From: Strigamia acuminata
Lineage: Eukaryota
Reading direction: 5' to 3'
Assembly (NCBI GenBank): GCA_949358305.1
Contig: OX442314.1
Location: 8,556,001-8,620,000, forward strand
Length of the DNA: 64,000 nt
The translations under genes were made by a program, and so were the position numbers. How positions within the stretch are numbered: the stretch's first letter is position 1; each line of letters begins with the position of its first letter. Shown one piece after another: positions 24,303 through 36,800 of this stretch. The notes under the pieces are model-generated. The model saw only the letters and a list, made by a program, of their open reading frames with translations, made no database searches and was not told where the DNA came from.

Positions 24303-25139
24303 CCACAATTCAGCAAGAGCACCACTTTCCTCACCTTTCAGGCCGTTTCATCGGATTGATCGAGGACCGGTGCCCGCTGATAAAATCAACTGTAAGCAAC
24401 AAGCCGCATTTATTTAACGTGGCCAATCCACGTTAGAATAAATATCCGAATCTATCGTTTAATTCGCACGAAGCGAATTCCCGCGTGTTTGTTCGAAACA
24501 CGTGTCAACCGAACATAATTTCGGGACTAATCCACGATCGATACGAATCGCCAATCGATCGCCGAAGAAAATCACGTACGCCACGTGTTCCGCAAGACGT
24601 ATTCCACACGAAACGGATCTCGTTTAGTTTGGGCTCACCGAACGCATTGGCGAAAGAATTCTGCGCACCACGCGTACGGAACAAGACGGATTCAGTTTGG
24701 ATTCAACCTAACACTTTGGCGGTAATTAACACGCGCGCCACGCGTCCCAAACGAAGTAGGCCTCGTTTGATTTCACATCCAAACTGCTAAGCGAATTGAG
24801 ACTGACTCGATTCGCGAAGTGTAAAAAATATAACCCTAGACAACAACAGAAGCCACGTGTAAGTCTAAACAATTGAGGGCTAATTGTTTAGCAACAACTC
24901 GTATTCGCAACAGGATCCGAGACCATCAATCATTCACCTATTAATTGTATTGGAACATTTGTAAGTGTTTAATAAAGTGTATTATTTGTCCCGACAAAGT
25001 ATTTGTATTTCTTAACCACAAAGTCGAATCACGACACGTGGGGGTCTGTCCGGGATAGAATTTGCTAACCTTACGACAAAACTGAGAAATACCGGGATAT
25101 CGAAATCGTTTGAGTCAAATCGAACCAAAAAAAAAAAAA

Positions 25140-28100
25140 ATGTCGAAATCGGATTCAAATAATTATGCAGCCACCGCTAGCGATCGTGAAACACGTTACA
25201 AGCAAAGACAAGAACGTGAACGTCAGGATGGAACGGTCTACGATCCACTCTGGACGCCGGAAGCTCGAATTCACGAAAACAAAGTTGAGACTAACTCGAC
25301 TGAAATTCCAACAGAAGAAACTAACCCGATTGCAAAAAAGCTCCAGTTTTCGGGCAGAGAATTCGAAGGACCAGGAACCTCTCACGGAGAGAATATTTTC
25401 ACTAAATCATTCGAAAACCCACCAATCCATAGCGACCACGATCCAACCAATGAGTTAGATAAAGACGAAATTCTAATCGAAGAAAACGGACAGGACTCAC
25501 CTATCCATAGTTTCGACGATCCAAATGACCCAAACAACAGCGGATTAAACGATGAAAACGACCGTCAAAACAAATTGAAACGATTAACGCTTCATCGTTC
25601 ACTAACACCATCGATTTCGCTGCCAAATTCGCCACGGTCGATTCCCAAAAGAGATCAAATGACCCTCTTCAATAGTACGACCACAACACAAACCGCAATA
25701 TTGCGCGAACGAGCCCGAGCAAATCAGGCAAGGCAAGAAAAGGCGGCAGATAGACGAGCCACATTCGAACGCGAAATAGCTCGAGAAATAACAGAAAAAC
25801 GAGCCGAGATGGAACGTGAGATTGCCGATCAGGCGAGAATAGACGCCTTGGAGGAGAGAAAGGCTGAATTGATGGAAGATTTAGCCAGAGAGCATCGCGA
25901 GAAATTAGCTGCCATGGAACAGAGCTTGGCACAAGAACGTCAAGCTAAGCAGATGGCGGCCGCCCGTGAAAGCCAAGAAAAGCAAATGGCAATGGAGCGC
26001 GAGCTGGCTCGAGAATTGCTCGCGAAGCAGAGAATAATCGAACGAGAAATGGCAAGAGATCATGAAATCCAGCCATTAAGCAATGGGTTGGGTCAACGCT
26101 CGGAGACAAACTCCTTGCAGAATTCCCCAGAGCGATCCCCTTCAGCAAAGGAGTTAGTAGCAAAGGCCATCGAAGTGACGCGAGTGGCTTGCGCTCACGG
26201 TATCGAGATAGATCAGGATAAGGACCCTTACAAAGAATTAAGTAGGGTGATCGATCTGGTCAACGAGAGAACGGAAAAACGAACAGCCGAAGACTCTACA
26301 AATCAAGAAGAGAAACGGTGCCGGGTCAATTCAACTCAACCCCCGGTCAAGAAAAACGACGAGCAAACTTCAGACAGCGAAAGCATCGACTCTCTGACAT
26401 CTCACCTCAGTATCCGAGTCACCGGACTAGACAGTATCGTAAACGAATCGGACGAAGTCAAGAAGGAACTCTACGAGGCGTTTATACAAGATAGAAGAAA
26501 TAATCAGAGTGCTAAATCATGGGCAATGAAAAACTCATTCGCAATGAAAACTGGCCAAACCAGTAATACTAACCCAAGCGACCCTAACGCCGAACTAATC
26601 AGATGTATAAATCAAAAGAACCAGATACGAAACGAAGCAGGTCGTAATAAACTAGCCATGCCGACGCTCGAGGAGATTAATGCCGTTAAAAACCACCTCG
26701 AAAAGAAACACGCCGCCGAAGCATATGCTGGGAGAGACTCCTACGTTTTTATCAAAAAAGTGGACGGAGCCCTCACGGGAACCCGACTGGACGACATGAT
26801 ACCGCCCGGAACAAAATTGAGCCGAACCTCCGCTCCGGAGAAATCGAACCCCGATAACTCAACAGTGGCACAAGATCTCACAAATAATCCGAACACCGCG
26901 GGATTGTCGGGACAGACGTCGTTCCAACCAAATCAATTCGGACTTGCAAGAAATGGTACCCATTTCCCAAGCCTCCCCTCAGACAACCCACGATCATCAC
27001 CGCTGCCTAGTGAGACTGACTCGCTAGGTGACAAGCTACGGGCAATAAAAGACGAGCTCCTTCAGGCCATGGACCAAAAACTCCAACAAAGCCGTAGCCA
27101 AGAAATCGAGGAAGACGATCGAAGCGAGGGATTGCTGAAACGATACTCCGCGGACCGATGGCTGTATTCCCGCAAAGACAACAACATCAAGTGGACGACC
27201 CTGAGACTAATTAAGTTCGACGGATCCTGGAACGCTGGCAACTTGTTTTTGGACGAAGTCGCCCTGACGATTAATCGTTTAGGAGCGGAACCCGACGAAA
27301 TGGTTTCACGCGGAATACCAGAAATGCTGATAAACCGAGCCCGAAACTGGTACGCTGATGTCCAACCCCGAAACTGGGAAGACTTCGTCATAAAGTTCCA
27401 CAATCAATATGGCGAGACGAGCCAGGAAATCCAGAAAAGAGTAAGCTCTATGAAGCAAGCTCCCGGGGAAACTCTGAGAGAGTACGTACAACGAGCCGAC
27501 AGCCTGTTCCGTGAAATGGACAAACCATTTGACCAACACGCTCAGAAAGCTCTCTTCGAACAAGGACTAAACGAAACCGCAACCAAAGTCCTACGAGAAA
27601 TGAACGCTCCTAAAGGGGATAATTTCAAAGCCATCCTCGCTTTCGTCGAGAAAAAACACACCGAAGTAAATGCTCGGTATAACGAAAATCTGACAAAAGA
27701 AGAACGAGCTCTAGGAGTGGCTCGACAGCAACGAATACAGGAGCGCAGCATAGACTCAACTAAGCTGCTCCAATCACGGAATTATCTAAACGGAAATATC
27801 GAACCACTTCTATCAAAAAGGAATAATAGCGGGTCAAACCCCATACCGCCTCCTGGGAACGCTTACCAAACAAAGACGTCTAGTGCTGAGGATAGATCGG
27901 AAGACCATTTAGATTTGATCTCATCTTCTTGTTACAGAGAGTACACGAAGGGACCAGTCAACCGAGAGGGAGGAAAGAGCGGTCCCTGCAACTTCTGCCG
28001 GGAGGACGGCCATTGGCGACAGGATTGTCCTGAACGAGCAAAGCAAAAAGTCAACAAAAAAGTTGCAGAGCGAGAAGAATTGCTGAAAATGCTCGGTAAA

Positions 28101-28178
28101 GAACAAGAGAGAATCATGAAGGAATTCACCGCTAAATTTGACAACATGGCAAAAAACTGGCGTTCGCAGGCGGAATAA
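25140..28178 (+). CDS. Large Gag protein (~1012 aa): disordered/coiled-coil N-terminus, capsid, CCHC knuckle
   Basis: KFDG...ARNWY...WEDFVIKF...QAPGETLREY capsid signature; CNFCREDGHWRQDC; no pol domains downstream. Confidence 0.93.
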   Translation: MSKSDSNNYAATASDRETRYKQRQERERQDGTVYDPLWTPEARIHENKVETNSTEIPTEETNPIAKKLQFSGREFEGPGTSHGENIFTKSFENPPIHSDHDPTNELDKDEILIEENGQDSPIHSFDDPNDPNNSGLNDENDRQNKLKRLTLHRSLTPSISLPNSPRSIPKRDQMTLFNSTTTTQTAILRERARANQARQEKAADRRATFEREIAREITEKRAEMEREIADQARIDALEERKAELMEDLAREHREKLAAMEQSLAQERQAKQMAAARESQEKQMAMERELARELLAKQRIIEREMARDHEIQPLSNGLGQRSETNSLQNSPERSPSAKELVAKAIEVTRVACAHGIEIDQDKDPYKELSRVIDLVNERTEKRTAEDSTNQEEKRCRVNSTQPPVKKNDEQTSDSESIDSLTSHLSIRVTGLDSIVNESDEVKKELYEAFIQDRRNNQSAKSWAMKNSFAMKTGQTSNTNPSDPNAELIRCINQKNQIRNEAGRNKLAMPTLEEINAVKNHLEKKHAAEAYAGRDSYVFIKKVDGALTGTRLDDMIPPGTKLSRTSAPEKSNPDNSTVAQDLTNNPNTAGLSGQTSFQPNQFGLARNGTHFPSLPSDNPRSSPLPSETDSLGDKLRAIKDELLQAMDQKLQQSRSQEIEEDDRSEGLLKRYSADRWLYSRKDNNIKWTTLRLIKFDGSWNAGNLFLDEVALTINRLGAEPDEMVSRGIPEMLINRARNWYADVQPRNWEDFVIKFHNQYGETSQEIQKRVSSMKQAPGETLREYVQRADSLFREMDKPFDQHAQKALFEQGLNETATKVLREMNAPKGDNFKAILAFVEKKHTEVNARYNENLTKEERALGVARQQRIQERSIDSTKLLQSRNYLNGNIEPLLSKRNNSGSNPIPPPGNAYQTKTSSAEDRSEDHLDLISSSCYREYTKGPVNREGGKSGPCNFCREDGHWRQDCPERAKQKVNKKVAEREELLKMLGKEQERIMKEFTAKFDNMAKNWRSQAE

Positions 28179-28195
28179 AGATAACTCCGTCTGCG
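28151..28195 (+). promoter_or_regulatory. -1 ribosomal frameshift signal at the end of the gag-only ORF
   Basis: In-frame A AAA AAC, 7-nt spacer, 10-bp stem CGCAGGCGGA / TCCGTCTGCG (one G-U pair). Confidence 0.75.
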
Positions 28196-31100
28196 CAAAT
28201 CTCGTCACCCATAGATTTCGAACTGATCAAAAAACTAATCACCAAGCTGAGAAAAAACTCAGCAGTCCAGCGACACTGGAATAACCAGTTATCCCCAAGA
28301 CTAAGGCCAGTTATGTTGACCTATTTTAAAAATTTGAGTATCTCTCGTTCTCATTTTAAATTCATCACAAAAAGTTTATTCAGATGTAAATTATTTCATA
28401 AAATAAGTAGTTTTCTTGGCCAACCTGCAAACGTTGGTTTGGTCCCGATAGTTTATTCTTGGGGAGGGACGTGTGGTGATTCCGAATCACCTGAAGATAA
28501 ATTGATAAGATTTATCGTGTTGATGAATCCGACCGCCAGGAGCGCTACTAGAAATAGACTAGATTGACTAGTCTCGCATTTCTGCGGATCTGAATAATCA
28601 GAATAATCTATATATGACGTCACTTCCGGTCAGTATATAAGACCGAGGCTTGACCGGAAATGACACTACAGTTACCACAATTCAGCAAGAGCACCACTTT
28701 CCTCACCTTTCAGGCCGTTTCATCGGATTGATCGAGGACCGGTGCCCGCTGATAAAATCAATATGACGGTTTATAAGTGCTATTTATTAATAACACGGCC
28801 GAATTTTAAGTGTTTTTTACGTGAAACCCGCACCTGTCAATGCTCCGAGTCGCCACTAGATGGCGCGATTATAATTCAGCGGTAAATTCGAATTGCGAGT
28901 TAAGAAAACTGGTAAATAAATATAAGAATATATTTATTTGTATGAAACGACACTTTATTAGGATTAATGTAAATATATATTAATAATTATTGTTCACACT
29001 AAGTGATGGGAATCTCTAGTTCAGCAGAAATGGAGATTTGATAATCCATCGATCAACCGATCGATGTGATTGGTGGATCCATTTCCGGTCCTGGGTATCC
29101 AGTTCCGGTTGTGGTGTGAATTAGCATATTGCTCCTCCGTATCCACTTCCGGCGATACGGGATTGGAGGGATTCGTGGAACCCATGTTCCAATTGGTTGA
29201 TTGGATTAATCTCTAATCCAGTCAGGTTATATAAACCCAAACAACCGGCCATCCGGCAGCTCTGTTTGATTATTTCTGTTTGGTATTGTTACTTAAGAAA
29301 TATGATTCGTTGTTCACGTGGAAGACCGTTTAGTTCTTTGGTTCTTTGTTGATTCGTTCGCAAAGAACCGCGGCATGATTCTACCGAATCATGCAACCAC
29401 CGGCAATTGAAGCCGACGTATTGGATTGTTATGTTGCATACATGTTTCAATTTACGGTCTCGCCGAGGAGAACTTGCCTTCTGTGCATTTCAGTATCCTC
29501 CGGGCAGGACTGAGTGGTCATTTTCGGTATGAACGCATTCCGTAACCGTGAGTAAGCACCGGAACTGTTGAGAGTTGGTTCCTTCACCTGATGGTGCCAA
29601 AGCAGTCTGTTTTACAGTAACCACGAGTAGCACCAAGTGTTTGGCAAGCTGATTCTCATGGTATTCGGTGCCAAAGTAGTCGGTTTGTTATTAGTACCGC
29701 GAAGGGCTAAACTGCTGTGCGGAGCCGCAAGCTATCGACTCCTGTGTACGTGATACCGTCAATCGCTAGACGAACGACCGTGTTGCGACGCAGGGGACGC
29801 TTGATACCGTTCTGCATGGCAAGGCGTATTCTCTATCGACGGCAATTGTGTGTTGCGACGGGAAGTCTAATATGTTTCTCTTCATTTGTAAACAGAACAA
29901 TATTAACTTGACGACAAGTTAATGAATCAAGTCAGAAGACTTAACCTCGATTACATTAACAACTCAAATGTGACAAATAAGTTGACAACAACTTATCGGC
30001 GAAATATCTGAATAAGAACAAGTTTCACAACTCCAATGAATTAAATATAATTCATAAGTGGAATATTGATAAGTAAATGAATACATTTACTTAAACCAAT
30101 ATCCTCCCAAAGTTGTGGCGGTGCAGACAAAGTCAACCGCAATGCTCAGATCATTCGATTTATCGACGTGCGATAATTTACACAGCGAACCAAGGAAACC
30201 AGCGAAGCCATATCGGACTCCAGGACACAGCCATCCGGCTTAGATGACATCTGTAAACCAGGTCGAGCGATGGGGAAACCGCTCCCTTATCCCAGACCCG
30301 TAGTGATATTATTCTAGGGCCAGTTGGCTAATTCTTTGTATAGTTTAATAGCTGATTTAACTTGCCAAATGTTGGCATTAGTCTTATGTATAACCTCAGC
30401 TCCCTTTTCCTATTGTTTACCGACAATAAACTGTCTTGTATTTATCTCTAGGATTATATTCACTGTGTTATTATATTTGCGATCTATTCCCAGTACCATT
30501 GTTAAATGGGAGTTGTGGTCGTCACCGTCACACGTGGAGGTCCCACCGAGATTAGGTTGCAATTAAATTCGATTGAATTACAACAGTGAATATTGGAGAT
30601 AAATTTTTTAACTAAAAAGATTAGTTAAAGAACAGACAATTAGATTTTCAGTTTATATCTCCGTACGAAGAAAAGTAAACTGATGAAATAGAATTACGTA
30701 GTGGATTTTCCTTCATTATTTTCGCTCGAAAATTTAAGAGATCTCGAAGACTACCAACTAATCTCACATGTGAAAGTTCCACTGAAGATTAGAATTTGCA
30801 ATTAACTCGATAGAATTAAAAAAGTGAATTTTCTCGAGGAAAATGAATAATTCAAATTCTACACGAAAGAATTGCAACAAATTACTGTTAAGATCTATCA
30901 CATGATGTTGAGATAAGTTTTAATCGAAGTTGTTCAAAAAATTCGGAGAATTGGAAATAACAAGAATTCGTAGAAGAAGTATATTTAGATATTTGCTTTA
31001 TTCTTAAAAAGATAAAAGTAAAAAGACAAGTCTAAACATGTTTTACGAATCGCAAGAAAAAGAAAAATCTTGCAGAAAAATGGAATTTCGAAGTAAAGTC

Positions 31101-31522
31101 CAGTCTTTAAGAAAAGTTACAATAATTAGAAACAATTTACAAGAGTTGAAATGAATTTATTTTATTTCATACAAAATTTGGGAAAATATTTACGAAATAT
31201 CTCTCGAAAGAATTTTATGTTATCGGTAAATTCTAAGATTTCGAAAGGAACGGACTTAGAAGAGAACTGTTAAACGAACATACTACGTCTGACATTTTGT
31301 GGTTGATATTGAATCAGCCAATCAGGAGCTAGGAGATCTAGGGATCCCCAGCCCCCTACTATTAAAAAAGGATCAGATCAGTTGTTGATCATTCGCTTCC
31401 AGACCAGACTTACGAGACGTGCTACAGTAACTATTCTGACCGCACCAACCGATTCTAGTTACGATTCGAAGTTTTCCCATCGCTAATTATTTTAAAGACA
31501 GATTCAATTATATTTTTATAAA

Positions 31523-33859
31523 ATGGATCCAAACAATCTTCCTAACGAAGAAAAAGTGGCTGAAGAAAAGGCCGTAGAAGAAATAGTTAGCTTGGATTCA
31601 AGTTATGTAAAACTTTGTGACCAAACGGAAATGATTCCCGATGAACTCACACAGTTTTGTACGCATTACGAACTAGATAGAACTCAGTTCAAAACCATAA
31701 TCGAAGCTTCTGAATTTGTGACGAAGCGGGCGTTACGTAACATACGTATTAATCCAACCCCGGAAAAACGAGCAGAACTTTCGAAGGAGAGCTCGGCGCA
31801 CCATAATTTTGGAAAGGACCCAACCCCTTCACCAAAAGATCTGCCTGAAGAAAACAGATCACGACCTAAAACTCCACAACGTAAGTTGGGAGATCAAGCA
31901 AGAATTAAAACTCCGTCGGTTCGTAACCAAGATATTCGAGAGTTATTTCGAACATCAAGCAAGGAATCGCTTGATCAGTCCAGTTTAGGAAATAGAACTC
32001 CTCACTCCAGCAACGCCAGTTGCCACAATACTCCAAATATTTCGGAGGTAGGAGGATCCAATTTTTCAACTTTTCAACCTGAAAATGCTAAAAAGCAACC
32101 CAATCCACATATTTATACGGAGAATGGGACGAGACATTTTGCCAAACAAACCCCTAGAGGGCAAGGCAATAAATCCGCCATTCGACGGAAATTATCTCCA
32201 CTACCATCTCCAGTCTTACCTCAAACTCGACAAGAACAATTGAGATTAGACGAAGTGGAAAAGGAACGAATTAGGCTGGAAGCAATTAATCAAAAACAGA
32301 TTAACGACGAAAAGATTCGCCAAGATAAACTTGAAGGAGAAGTTGTCAATCAAAACGAAGTTCGTAAGTCGATAGACAAAAACGATAAAATTCTAATTGA
32401 TCAATTACGGGCTCAATGGCGACAGGAACACGATGAAAAGTTCCAAAAGCAACAAGATCAATACAATAAGAAGTGGGCGGAAGTGAACAGAATTGAAGAC
32501 AATCAACGCAAGCGGGAGAAAACCTTACAGGAAAGCATCCGGCTAAATCTCGCGGCGTCCACTCGGGCTAGCCATGGTAGTGAACCCCGAGACCAGACAA
32601 ATCCGTCACGTGCATCTACCGATGACATTCCAAGCTCACATTTCTCGGCAGAAAGTTCTACAGAAACTAGACTTCCCTCTGACGGAACTAATATTTCATT
32701 TGATTATATTTTGAAAATGCAGCAAAATATGGCCGCCCAATTCCAAAAACAATTGGATAGTCGAATAGATACATTCGTTCAAACTCAACAAACAACTGGG
32801 CCGCAACGATCTAATAATCCAGGACCCAGTAAAGTCTTTTTCAAAGGACAAGACCTTCCAGTTTTCGATGGAAAACAGGAGGATATAGATAAATTTTTAT
32901 CAGTAGCTAAAACTGTAGCTATTTCAAAGGGATTAACTCTGGACGAAATGGTTAATCAAGGTATTCCCACCTATTTGTCCGGATTAGCCCAACAATGGTA
33001 TGACGAGAATAAAACCAAGTTTACCAACTGGGAAACCTTCGTAGAATTATTTCGTGAAGAATTCGACATGATTCCAACTACTCGACTCCGAAATTTACGA
33101 AAAGTAATCCAAGGAGACGATGAACCTTTATATGAATTTCTAGTCAGATTCACTAAAGCCCAAGGATCGTATTCCGAAAGAGGAAATGTTGCCACACTTT
33201 TCGACAACCTGAATTGGACGAGTTACAATAGATTAATCGATCGAAATCTGTACAGGAGCGAGTCAGTAGACAAAATCTTTCAATTCGTACGAACGAATAG
33301 AGCACTCTTTGAACCCCAAAGAATCCGTACAGAGAATTCCAAGGAAATTGATAAAGTGGTATCTAACAACCAGAAGTATTCTAAAGATACCAAAAATATG
33401 AGACCTTCGGCTCGATCCACTCAAATGATGGAAATAGAGCCGGAAGAAGAAATAATGGAAGTCAATGAGTTGACAGAGAATAATGTATCAATGGATAATT
33501 TATTATGTGCCATGTCGGAAAATCAGACAGGGAAATGTTTTCATTGTAAACAACCAGGTCATTTCAAAAGAGAATGTCCTCTGCTTCCAAAGCGAAAATT
33601 TAGCAATAATTTCCCTGGAAATAATAATTCCAATAACAATAGCGCTAATCAGCAGCCGAACGAATTTAAGCGACCACGCCAAAATTGGGTAACTGCCGAA
33701 GCTATTGATCAAAAAATGGAAGAGTTAAAAACTGATATGAATAACAGTATGCAAACAACGATAAGTAAGACAGTGTCGGATTTATTTAGTAAATTCTTAG
33801 ACCCGAAGAACGCTACTACGGCACCAATTACTGAAACCCCACCGGTTCCAAAAAACTAG
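31523..33859 (+). CDS. Gag (778 aa)
   Basis: LPVFDG...AQQWY...WETFVELFREEF...QGDDEPLYEF capsid; CFHCKQPGHFKREC knuckle. Confidence 0.95.
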   Translation: MDPNNLPNEEKVAEEKAVEEIVSLDSSYVKLCDQTEMIPDELTQFCTHYELDRTQFKTIIEASEFVTKRALRNIRINPTPEKRAELSKESSAHHNFGKDPTPSPKDLPEENRSRPKTPQRKLGDQARIKTPSVRNQDIRELFRTSSKESLDQSSLGNRTPHSSNASCHNTPNISEVGGSNFSTFQPENAKKQPNPHIYTENGTRHFAKQTPRGQGNKSAIRRKLSPLPSPVLPQTRQEQLRLDEVEKERIRLEAINQKQINDEKIRQDKLEGEVVNQNEVRKSIDKNDKILIDQLRAQWRQEHDEKFQKQQDQYNKKWAEVNRIEDNQRKREKTLQESIRLNLAASTRASHGSEPRDQTNPSRASTDDIPSSHFSAESSTETRLPSDGTNISFDYILKMQQNMAAQFQKQLDSRIDTFVQTQQTTGPQRSNNPGPSKVFFKGQDLPVFDGKQEDIDKFLSVAKTVAISKGLTLDEMVNQGIPTYLSGLAQQWYDENKTKFTNWETFVELFREEFDMIPTTRLRNLRKVIQGDDEPLYEFLVRFTKAQGSYSERGNVATLFDNLNWTSYNRLIDRNLYRSESVDKIFQFVRTNRALFEPQRIRTENSKEIDKVVSNNQKYSKDTKNMRPSARSTQMMEIEPEEEIMEVNELTENNVSMDNLLCAMSENQTGKCFHCKQPGHFKRECPLLPKRKFSNNFPGNNNSNNNSANQQPNEFKRPRQNWVTAEAIDQKMEELKTDMNNSMQTTISKTVSDLFSKFLDPKNATTAPITETPPVPKN

Positions 33860-33881
33860 TGGCGGGGGTCCTCGAGCCCCC
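33850..33881 (+). promoter_or_regulatory. gag-pol -1 frameshift signal
   Basis: A AAA AAC directly before the gag TAG; GGGGG..CCCCC stem 7 nt downstream; pol lies in the -1 frame. Confidence 0.85.
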
Positions 33882-36800
33882 TATTAATAATTCCGAAGGA
33901 ATTTTACCACCAGACTTGGAACAAGCACTTTCCGAAACTTTGGATAATTTAACTATTCAAGATAAAGAAATTAAGCGTGCTCGTCCTAACCGGAAGACAC
34001 GGAAAAGGAACTGGAATTATAAGTTTAAAATCGCGTCAAATACGCCCTTTTCGGCAGAGGAGACAGCAAACCCGTTCTTGAATTTTCACGACGACCTGTT
34101 TTCTCTAGATAAGGGGGACGAATCTTTAGCTAGATTGATACAAGATACATCCAATCTTAATATTCGTGATGAATCCACCAGTTCTAGTGGAGGAGTATTC
34201 GAGAATTTACAATCAATGATTGATAATTTGAATCCCGACTCCAAATCCTCCAGATTTGCGAGATTAAAATCTTACATTAACGAGAGTCAGTTAAAACGAA
34301 AAGATGGCATCGAACGAATTAATAAATTGGGAAATCACATCGACGACCCCCGAATGAAAATTACAATAGGTGGACTCACCTATAATGCTTTGATGGACTC
34401 AGGAGCCACACAGTGTTTTATTGGGTTGCAATTACTAAGTAAAACTTGTGCATCTCCCGATTTCATACAAGATTGTCCAAAACACATGAGAGTTTGTGCA
34501 GTTGGAGTTACTCATATTCCACTGGGACAAATTACTTTGTGTGTACAATGGGCAGATGGAGCAGAATTCACACCGATAAATTTTATCATTTTGGATAATA
34601 ATGTGTGTGGATTAATTATCGGACATAATTTTATGCGCCGAACCAAAATTAATTTAAATCCAGCACGAGCTGTATTTACTTGCGACAGCAAGTCCGACTG
34701 GACTGCACCCTACGAAACTGACGAGTTAAATTGTAATTTAGCTCGAGTACAAGTGTTGACTGACAACACCACAGCCACACACACGCCAGATAATTGGGAA
34801 GAATTGCTGGTAAAGGATTGTGACTGTTCAGATGAGGAAAAAAGTAAATTACGCGAAGTAATTGCTAGTGTTAAGAACGTCTTTAGAGATAAAGTCGGAT
34901 GTACTAACATAATAAAGCATAAGATCACCTTTAAAAAGGATGTAACGTGGAAAAAACAACCATTTCGAATGTATAACCCTGCTAAAATAGCCATTATGAC
35001 TAAATTAGTAGAAGAATTAGAAGCGGATAATTTGATCGAAAGAGCTACTGGACCTTACATAAGTCATCCAGTGATCGTAGCCAAACCAAATGGTACTTAT
35101 CGTTTATGTATCGATTATCGGTGGTTGAATGCAATCACCGAAATCAACGCCATACAAATGCCAAGTATTGATTTGTTACTCCACAATACAAATCAGGCAA
35201 AATATTTCACGTCTCTTGACCTTACCAAAGGTTATTATCAGGTCGAGATGGACGAGGAAGATAGACAGAAAACAGCCTTTTATACTCCGAAAGGCAATTA
35301 CCAATTTGTCCGCATGCCTTTTGGTCTTTGCAATGCGCCATGTACATTTCAGTTCTTAATGGAACGAGTAATGGGCGAAGCATTATACAAACACGCGTTA
35401 GTCTATTTGGACGACGTGATAATCTTCTCCACCACTTGGGAGAAACATCTTGAACATATCAAAGATGTGTTGGAAAGACTAGATAAAGCCAACTTATCAG
35501 TAAATAAGGAAAAATCAAAATTTGGAAAAACTACACTCAAATTTTTGGGTCATTTGATAACTCCAACCGGATTAGCACCTGACCCAGACAAGATAGTATC
35601 TGTTAGGAAATATCCAACTCCTAAGAATTCCAAGGATATTCAACGATTTCACGGCCTGTCGAATTTCTTCTGGAAATTTATTCCCGAACATGCAAAAATT
35701 GCTAGGCCTCTAACTAGCATGATGCATGATAAAGCAGTGTTCGAATGGGGAGATGAACAAGAGAAAGCTTTTGAAACAATAAAAAATATTTTATGTGACG
35801 AAACACAAGTTTTGTTAATGCCAGATATGATGAAACCATTCGTAATCTTGACAGACGCATCACATGATGGACTTGGTAGTGTGTTATGCCAAGATGTGGA
35901 ATTCTTCGATGAAGGAAAAAGAGAAATGATCATGACTCCTAGACCCGTAGCTTATGCTAGTCGAGTCTTACGAGGGGCAGAAGTACGCTACTCAACACCC
36001 GAACTCGAGTGTTTAGCAGTAGTGTGGGCAGTCGACAAATTCCGACCGTATATCGAATATACGACATTTACTTTGGAATCAGACGCCGAAGCATTAAAAT
36101 GGCTGATGGGAACACCAGAACCATCGGGACGATTTGGTCGTTGGGCAATTAAACTTCAATGTGGCGCCTTTAAGATTAAATATCGACGAGGTACCCAGAA
36201 CCAAGTTGCCGACGCCTTCTCGAGAGCGCCTTTGGAGATCGAAGACATTCCAGAGAATGATTATTGTGAGCCAATCGAGATTACTCAATTCTGGCCGGAA
36301 TGGGACGGAAATCGAGAAATTATTCGAAGGAATAATAGAGAAGATTGCCAATTTCTCACGAATGTGCAGCTTCATTTCGATTATTCCAAATTATTATACA
36401 ATACTTTGGAAAAGGGGGAGAAGATGGATGAAGCTACAGAAGAAACACTATTTAGTGCTTTAACTGAAGTTTTAAAGGAAGTTCCACCGACTCGAGAAGA
36501 AATTATAAAAGCTCAACTAGCCGACAAAGAGTGTAGAATAATAATCGATCATCTGAAACGAGATGAAATCGAACAAAGAAAGTTTAAGAAAACTAAAGAA
36601 TGGATGAAAGCAGTCCAAGGTTACCAATTAGATTTTCAAGAAGAAAATGGTAATGAAATGCTGATTTATTTCAAACCAACGTTTGAAGAGGAATTGAATG
36701 ACTCTGGAAACGGATTTAAAGCTGTCATTCCACCGTCATTAGTACGAAGAGTACTGTTTGCCTGTCACGGACATCCATTAAGTGGACATGCAGGGATGAG

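Noticed and set aside
24485..24790. Short ORFs present twice (also 29717, 30324, 45961 and their partners)
   Set aside because: Duplicated only because they lie within LTRs; no coding evidence.
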